Below, one piece after another: positions 56,815 through 64,000 of a DNA stretch of 64,000 nt. The stretch lies in assembly GCA_964035575.1 (NCBI GenBank), contig OZ037835.1, forward strand, positions 1,674,001 to 1,738,000, given 5' to 3'. Both the position numbers and the translations under genes were made by a program. The first letter of the stretch is position 1; each line of letters starts with the position of its first letter. The notes below the pieces were generated by a model. It was not told where the DNA came from, searched no databases, and was given only the letters and a program-made list of their open reading frames with translations. Source of the stretch: Rhynchopus sp. YZ270_cl-10. Its lineage: Eukaryota.

Positions 56815-59800
56815 ATGCTGCGCAGTGCCGTGCTGTGCCTGCTAGCGCTTCTCCCCTGCGCTGCTGGCTTGGGGCGGACGTTGGACGATTGCAACACTAT
56901 TGCCGCGAAGTTCAGGAACACATGCAGTGGTGGTACTGCTGTGGCAAGCATTCTTGCCGAGGTGGGCGAGGACGTGACGTGCGACGGCACGTCGTCGTGC
57001 CCAGGCACGATGACCGGCACGTCGTGCACGTGGACACGGAAGATGTGTGTCACATGCTCAGAGGCAACTGGCACCGTGCGTATCCGCGTGCAGACAAACG
57101 GCCTCCCAGGAGCGTGCTTCAAGACGCCGGTCGTGCCTGAGGAGTTTGAGAATGACTTCGAAGTTGACTTCAACGGTGTGCCCGCAGAGAACGTGAGCCC
57201 CACCACGCAGGACGAGGTCAACTCGCTGCTCTGCGACATCTCGCGCCACCAGGACCGCAACATCCCTGCAGAGTGCAACTTCGAGAACAAAGGCGCTGCC
57301 AACCTCCAGACCGTGTCGGGCATTGCAATCGACGGTGTCGTGTACATGAACCAAATGAGTGCCGAAGGTGTCGACCCTTTCTACCCGACAGTGTACGGCT
57401 CCGTGACCGACCCGTCTGCTGTCGTGGAGAAGGTGGACATGTGTCTCGGCCACCCACAGGGTGAAGGCATCTACCACTATCACTGCATGTCGCCGTGTGT
57501 CGCCGACCCGGATTCGCAAGAGGCGCAGCCGTGCCTGTCCAACTTTGGGTGCGACGACTTCATCACGCATGCGATCTCGACGTACACCCCTGAGCTGAAG
57601 GTGATCGGCATTGCCAAGGATGGGCACGTAATGTACGGGCCGTACCTCAGCAACGGTGAGAAGGCGAGCGACGCAGGTCTCGACGTCTGCAGCGGTGCCA
57701 CAGGGCTTGCTGAGTGCGACGACAGTTACGCCTACTTCGCCACTGGCACGTTCCCATACCTCCTGGGCTGCTTCGGGTCGGGGAACAGGCCTGACTTCAC
57801 TCCAGAGTGCACTGACAACGGGCCCACAGAGTACAAGGACCTCGTGACGACATGCACAGACGCGCCAACACCCGTGCCACCAACACCGGCACCGTCCGAT
57901 GCACCTGACACAACTGCCCCAGACACGACTGCACCTGACACAGCTGCACCGGACACAACTGCACCTGACACAAATGCACCAGACACAGCTGTACCTGACA
58001 CGACTGCCCCAGACACAACTGCACCAGACACAACTGCACCAGACACAGCTGTACCTGACACGACTGCCCCAGACACAGCTGCCCCAGACACAACTGCACC
58101 GGACACGACTGCACCTGTGACAATGGCCCCTGTGACAACTGCACCGGACACAACTGCCCCACTCACAACAGCACCTGTCACTGATGCGCCACCAACAGCT
58201 GAGCCGACAGCACTTCCAGACATGTCAACCTTTGCACCTGACACGACTGCCCCAGACACAACTGCACCTGTGACAATGGCGCCTGTGACGACTGCACCTG
58301 ACACAACTGCACCTGTGACTATGGCACCTGTGACGACTGCGCCTGACACAACTGCCCCACTTACGACTGCACCTGTCACTGATGCGCCACCAACATCTGA
58401 GCCCACATCACTTCCAGCCATGTCAACCTTTGCACCTGACACAACTGCCCCAGACACAACTGCACCTGTGACAACCGCGCCACTCACGACTGCGCCTGTC
58501 ACAAACGCACCTGACACAACTGCACCTGCCACTGATGCGCCACCAACAGCTGAGCCGACAGCACTCCCAGCCATGTCAACTTTTGCACCTGACACGACTG
58601 CACCTGACACAATGACACCTGTGACAACCGCGCCACTCACGACTGCACCTGACACAACTGCACCTGCCACTGCCGCACCACCAACAGCTGAGCCCACAGC
58701 ACTCCCGGACAAAGCAACTTTCGCGCCTCCCACAACTGCACCTGCCACGACTGCACCTCTCACGGCTGCACCTGTTACTACCGCTCCTGTGACAATGGCG
58801 CCGGTGACGACTGCACCTCTCACTGAGGCACCACCAACAGCTGAGCCAACATCGCTTCCTGTGGGAAGCACATTTGCACCTAGCACAGACGCACCTGTGA
58901 CAACCGCACCACTCACGACTGCACCTGTTACAATTGAACCTGCCACTGCTGCACCACCGACAGCTGAGCCCACAACACTCCCGGACAAAGCAACTTTCGC
59001 TCCTCCGACCACAGCACCTGCCACGACTGCACCTACTACTATGGCACCTGTCACGGACGCACCACCTACAGCAGGACCTACATCCCTTCCTGTGGGCAAC
59101 ACCTTTGCTCCGAGCACAGACGCACCACCAACAGCTGGACCCACATCCCTTCCTGTGGGCAACACTTTTGCTCCGAGCACAGATGCACCACCAACAGCTG
59201 GACCCACATCCCTTCCTGCAGGCAACACCTTTGCTCCGAGCACAGATGCACCACCAACAGCTGGACCCACATCCCTTCCTGTGGGCAACACTTTTGCTCC
59301 GAGCACAGATGCACCACCAACAGCTGGACCCACATCCCTTCCTGCAGGCAACACCTTTGCTCCGAGCACAGACGCACCACCAACAGCTGGACCCACATCC
59401 CTTCCTGTGGGCAACACTTTTGCTCCGAGCACAGATGCACCACCAACAGCTGGACCTACATCCCTTCCTGCAGGCAACACCTTTGCTCCGAGCACAGACG
59501 CACCACCAACAGCTGGACCCACATCCCTTCCTGCAGGCAACACTTTTGCTCCAAGCACAGATGCACCACCAACAGCTGGACCTACATCCCTTCCTGTGGG
59601 CAACACCTTTGCTCCAAGCACAGATGCACCGGATACGGAGCTGCCAGCTGGGGCGTCCTTTGCTCCTCTGACTGATGTGCCGACGTTAATCCCAGAATCG
59701 GGTGTGGGCGCTGCCGACAGCAGCAGCGATAGCGACGGCGGAAGCGACTTCCCGTGGTGGATCCTGATTCTGATCCTGGTCCCGCTCTGCCTTGGCCTGG

Positions 59801-59934
59801 CAGGTGTGGGTGCCTACATGTACTGGAAGCGTCAGCAGGACGTCACCCTGCAGGAGTTCACCGAGCTGCATCTCCGGTATGAGCACGACCTTGAGCAGAG
59901 TCAGTACCACAAGAGCGACGTCAGCAGGGTGTAG
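56815..59934 (+). CDS. YHYH-domain type-I membrane protein with long Thr/Ala/Pro mucin-like stalk
   Basis: Signal peptide MLRSAVLCLLALLPCAAG. Motifs TNGLP, GIAIDGV, GHPQ..GIYHYH, IGIAKDGHVMYGP, LDVCSG. PDTTA and 21-aa TFAPSTDAPPTAGPTSLPxGN repeats. TM WWILILILVPLCLGLAGVGAYMYW. Confidence 0.85.
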   Translation: MLRSAVLCLLALLPCAAGLGRTLDDCNTIAAKFRNTCSGGTAVASILAEVGEDVTCDGTSSCPGTMTGTSCTWTRKMCVTCSEATGTVRIRVQTNGLPGACFKTPVVPEEFENDFEVDFNGVPAENVSPTTQDEVNSLLCDISRHQDRNIPAECNFENKGAANLQTVSGIAIDGVVYMNQMSAEGVDPFYPTVYGSVTDPSAVVEKVDMCLGHPQGEGIYHYHCMSPCVADPDSQEAQPCLSNFGCDDFITHAISTYTPELKVIGIAKDGHVMYGPYLSNGEKASDAGLDVCSGATGLAECDDSYAYFATGTFPYLLGCFGSGNRPDFTPECTDNGPTEYKDLVTTCTDAPTPVPPTPAPSDAPDTTAPDTTAPDTAAPDTTAPDTNAPDTAVPDTTAPDTTAPDTTAPDTAVPDTTAPDTAAPDTTAPDTTAPVTMAPVTTAPDTTAPLTTAPVTDAPPTAEPTALPDMSTFAPDTTAPDTTAPVTMAPVTTAPDTTAPVTMAPVTTAPDTTAPLTTAPVTDAPPTSEPTSLPAMSTFAPDTTAPDTTAPVTTAPLTTAPVTNAPDTTAPATDAPPTAEPTALPAMSTFAPDTTAPDTMTPVTTAPLTTAPDTTAPATAAPPTAEPTALPDKATFAPPTTAPATTAPLTAAPVTTAPVTMAPVTTAPLTEAPPTAEPTSLPVGSTFAPSTDAPVTTAPLTTAPVTIEPATAAPPTAEPTTLPDKATFAPPTTAPATTAPTTMAPVTDAPPTAGPTSLPVGNTFAPSTDAPPTAGPTSLPVGNTFAPSTDAPPTAGPTSLPAGNTFAPSTDAPPTAGPTSLPVGNTFAPSTDAPPTAGPTSLPAGNTFAPSTDAPPTAGPTSLPVGNTFAPSTDAPPTAGPTSLPAGNTFAPSTDAPPTAGPTSLPAGNTFAPSTDAPPTAGPTSLPVGNTFAPSTDAPDTELPAGASFAPLTDVPTLIPESGVGAADSSSDSDGGSDFPWWILILILVPLCLGLAGVGAYMYWKRQQDVTLQEFTELHLRYEHDLEQSQYHKSDVSRV

Positions 59935-60071
59935 AATAGGGCAGAGCATGCACAAAAGCAGGAGGAGGCGTGCTTTGTGATGTTGCTTTGAGTGCAAGTG
60001 TCATGTGTACCCGTTTTTGAATGGCCTTGTGTGCTTTCTCTTTGGTGAAAGCTTTGATTAACCATTGATTA

Positions 60072-60174
60072 CCGTATTCGTACAAATTATTGACCGTAAA
60101 AAAAGGTCGAACTTCCAGAAAAATACTGAAAAAGGTCGATTAGTACGGTCGATAATTTTTTTGTACGAATACGG
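60072..60174. mobile_element. Tc1/mariner-type MITE (TA flanks)
   Basis: ta-ccgtattcgtacaaa ... tttgtacgaatacgg-ta. Confidence 0.75.
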
Positions 60175-62462
60175 TAAATGAAAAATCAGATAGCCTGATT
60201 TTCACGTGACTTCGATTTTCACGAGTGATTTTGAGAATTTTTCAAAAAAAGAAGGAAAATTCAAATCTTCGATTATAAACCCCACAACACACCACAACGA
60301 AAGTGGGAGCAAAAAAAAGCACGCTCTCGCTTTCCCCTTAAACAATGAACCGACACTATGCTATATTTTTAGTACAGAACACAAAAAAGACAGTTTTTTT
60401 TTGGGGGGATTTATGCAATCAATCCCCTCGTCTTCCCATTCCTACGGGGGTTGCGTGTGCACACCTTCTGTCGCAAGTAGCCCCCTAACTCTCCCACCCC
60501 ATCCCAGAATTCTATTTTGTGCTCATTACAAAAAACAACAAAAAAAGGAAATGCAACAGCAGCATTGCGAGTCTGCAAATGAAGTCAAGAAACGTTTTTT
60601 TATTGAAAACAAACAAAAAAAAACGATAAAGGTTGGTACAGAAGGGGAAAAGACAAAACAGTTGTGTAATCCACCACACTGTTTTTTCCCCCTCTCGCAA
60701 ACCCGTAAACTCGCAAAGAAAATAAAGACAAACAACAACAAAATGTTGTAAAAATGAGCCGCAAAATAAACGAACACAATTTTTTTTTTGTATTATTAGC
60801 TTGCAGACTTGACTCCTGCAGATGGACTGAGGTGTCGTCTCACGTGAGGTGTTCTCTCGCTACTGTTTTATTTAAGGTGACTAAGCACGGGAGGCTTAGG
60901 GTCATCTTATAAACTTTTCTTTGTTTTTCTATATTTACCTACATACACAGGGGTCGTGACTATGGTTGTTTCTCTCCAACCAGCAAAAAAAATTTCTCTC
61001 TCCCTCATGGTGGGCTTTGTATCGTGTGTGTGGTGTTATGCCCTTTTGAGGAAGTTCCTTTTAAGATGACTAAGCACGAGGGGGTTAGATTATCTTCGAA
61101 AGGACAGAACAAATATTTTCAACACACACACACACGCATACCATACAATAGGCGTTACCCCCACCCTCGCCTGCTTCCCTTCAGAACCCTTCCTCAACCC
61201 TCTGATTGGTCACCTTGTTACCCTACTGTCTACGAAAATAGAAAAATGTGTTTCTAGGTGGAAATCAGAGAGCGGGAGAAGGGAAAATAAGGGAAGGAAG
61301 AGAGAGATTTACACGGTGACGTGGGTGTTATGGGTTGGTTTGTTTGTGAAGAGAGTCGTGGTGTAATGCCATAGTCCCGGGTGAGTACCGCCCACCCCTG
61401 AAGGTAAATATTACAAGGTACATTCTTGTCTTAGTACGGTTCTTTGGAAAAAACAAAAGAGAAAAACCAAAAAAATAAAAAGAAAAAAAGAAAATAAAAA
61501 AAATGCTGCAGAGTTGTCTTTTTGTGTCAATGTGTCCGTAAAAGGGCACCTTAGTTTTTTATTTTAGCACAGATTCCCAACTCCGCTTTCCCCCCCTTCC
61601 TTCGCATGAAATGTGTTTAAAAACCAGACAATACAGATGGCCAATAATACGATTTTGATAACGACCATTTCCTTCCCCCTCTCCCCCTGTTTCACATCTT
61701 TTTTCACTTGCGCCGAATCATAGTTACCCCCTTTTTTTGGCTGCGTTCAACAGAAAATAGTCTTTTCCTTGTTATACCTTCTATTCAGTAGAATAGAAGG
61801 GATAAAGTAGAAAGTATATGAAATAACTTTTTTGATCAAGTTATCCTTTTCAATTGGTTGTCCTAATTGTCTGGTTTTTTTTTGTGTTAAATATTGACAA
61901 CAGCACATATCAAGATCATCCCACCCAATTTTCTCTCTTTTTTTTTTTTTGTTTTTTGTTGTTGTGTGCTTTTGTCTGGCACACATTTTCATATATCAAG
62001 AGTTTTCCCTTTCTTTTGTTTCAAACGTGCATTCAATTTGAATGCATATGTTGAAATACTTTTGTTTCCCAGCGTGCCTGCATCCGCCGATGAACGGTGA
62101 GGCGTTTGCACTTTCAATTTCTCTTTGTTTTGTACTTACCTTCAGTTACCTTTACAAGGGGGTGAAGGAAGGTTGAGGAAAAGAGCAACACATATCAAAA
62201 GCTTCATAAAAAACCCGATTCAAATTCCCCAGATTTTCCCTTTTTCTTGTTGTCTTTATGGATGTATGTTCCCAGCGAGGCTCTTTCATCTTTCTCGATA
62301 TTTTCTTAAAAAACGGGTTTTTTTTGATTTCAACAAAATACCCTTTTATATATCCTCTCCCAACTCTCTAACATAAAAACGGAACGCAAAGTTTTATTTT
62401 CCGCGCTTCTGTTATTGCACCTTACATTGTTTTTTCTTAGATGTGTATGCACACCATGCTTC

Positions 62463-62637
62463 GTGGTCCGCCTGAGTTGAGACGGACTATGTCCTATGGC
62501 GGACTTTGAAATTCCGTCTCAGCGCGGAGTTGAGACGTACCTGAGACGGACTCAGGTGGACTCGGGCCGAGTTCGGAGTCCGTCTCAACTCGGGCGGGAT
62601 CTTGGTGGGATTTTTTTGGCGGACTCAGGCGGACCAC
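62463..62637. mobile_element. MITE with 15-bp TIR and internal gagacggact repeats
   Basis: gtggtccgcctgagt / actcaggcggaccac. No clear TSD. Confidence 0.65.
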
Positions 62638-64000
62638 ACAACCTTTTCTTTAGGTGACTAATCACATGAGATTTAGATTCATCGTATCAACGTTTCTTTT
62701 GTGTACCAGATCGGCGTATTCACCTTTCGGGGGCTCCCTAAAACATGTTAAAAAATCGCAAAAAAGTTCAAAAAGTGTTTTTTACCTTTGCCAAAACTGA
62801 GATACAAAGGGGAAAAAAATGTTTTTTCCCAGCAAAAACTGAGAAATAGCCGGGAAAAAAATGTTTTCGAATGTTTTAGGGACCCTCGGACTACGGACCC
62901 TCCCGCCCCACTTTCCAGCTATTTTGACTTATAGAAAGGGACTCTCGCAAATTTTTTTTTCCGCCTATATAGGGCTAATTTCGACGATTTGAGGCCGTTA
63001 AAACCAGAATTTGACACTTTTGAGCATCTGTGGGGGTCTAAAACGTGGTTTCGCGCACCCGAAATTTCGTGGTTTTTACTTGGGAAAATGCCCATTTCAA
63101 CCCAAATTTTCGGTTTTTCTGGCCCGAAAGTCGAAAAAAAAAGCGCCGGGGGGCTTTGCCCCCCAAACCCCCCACTGGGGGGCGTAAAGCATACGCCCCC
63201 CAGACCCCCCTATGCAATTGAGGGCCTGCGGCGCAGTTCGGAGCTCTTGGTCATACCGAACTGGAATGTTAAATGTGGATGTTATTGTGCTTGCAGCGTT
63301 GTTCCTTGCCATCATGCGGCATCAGACCTCATGCAGCAGAACACTACGGTGTCCAGCATCGGCAGTGCGTACACATCGGTGAAGGATTTTATCGACGTGA
63401 CGTGGAACACGGACGACGTCTGGCATTTACGGGTTCAGTACAAGTGTGAGCAGTGCGAACGCACTAACGATTTTGCGACGAGGCGGCAGCGATACCTTTC
63501 TCCTCTTCCCGGTGCAGGGTGGATCCTTATTTTCGCTGAAAATCCGAGATTTTTTTTCGTTTTATTTTCCTCTCCTGTTTTTGAGATTTTCCCGCGCAGG
63601 CCTGACGCTAACTTTCGGGTTTTTAGGAAATCCTGGGGGGTTGATGGTTTGTCCGCGAGCGCAGCGAGTCGAAAAATTGAGTGACCGTCGGAAAAGAAAA
63701 CGAACAAGCAGGTTGGGACCTGTACTGAGGCAGAATAGTGGTGTTTTTTTACACATCTCATCTATCGCAGAACTAAACCCCAGGGAAATATAGGTTTTGG
63801 GGGTTTTCGCTGAAACTCGGTCATTACTCGGTCGAGCCCAACCCAGCTCGTTCGGGCCTCCGGCAGAACGTGAGAATTCCTCGATTATCCTACTGCGGAG
63901 TTCGACACTACATTGATATTTGCAATGGGCACACGCAGTATCAGTAATCTCAATACATTTACAAAAGAAACGGCGGTCATGGCACCCATGGCGAAGCAAC

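Noticed and set aside
57732..59621. 629-aa minus-strand ORF
   Set aside because: Antisense shadow of the Thr/Ala/Pro repeat stalk.
62729..63999. Possible MITE at ~62730-62886 and ORF 62989-63684 with CEQC
   Set aside because: The TIR is short and imperfect, and the ORF crosses repeat-like DNA and lacks a recognisable domain.

Overview
This is eukaryotic protist genomic DNA, most consistent with a euglenozoan and probably diplonemid-like host. That host call is an inference from VIPER/TATE-type, CRE/SLACS-type and ingi-type retroelements, all host genes lying on the + strand, few GT-AG introns and Thr/Pro-rich surface proteins. The dominant feature is an expanded family of ubiquitin-like (UBL) + BspA/TpLRR-type leucine-rich-repeat genes: 5 intact-looking copies and 2 disrupted. 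They are mosaics of interchangeable UBL, linker, LRR-array and C-terminal targeting modules (CaaX versus NLS-like). Deeply nested mobile elements lie between them. (i) A TIR element with a 6-bp TSD (193-7786) holds a 5'-truncated CRE-clade non-LTR retrotransposon that has an OTU-like protease and a Zn finger fused behind its RLE endonuclease. (ii) A hAT element (15330-23888) holds an ingi-type RNase H relic, an apparently intact VIPER/TATE-like tyrosine-recombinase retrotransposon with split direct repeats, a second TIR element, and a non-coding element whose internal segment is the complement of its own circle junction. (iii) A satellite-laden TIR element (39102-41860) and several MITEs are also present. 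Other host genes are a 3-exon type-I membrane protein with thyroglobulin-like and two Cu/Zn-SOD-like domains, an ankyrin + XK-like protein, a DUF4246-like 2OG-Fe(II) oxygenase, two tandem GT90/CAP10-like glycosyltransferases, an astacin fragment and a YHYH-domain mucin-like membrane protein. Short 28S-like and 5.8S-like rRNA fragments are dispersed in the window. All family assignments come from motif recognition by eye; no database searches were run.
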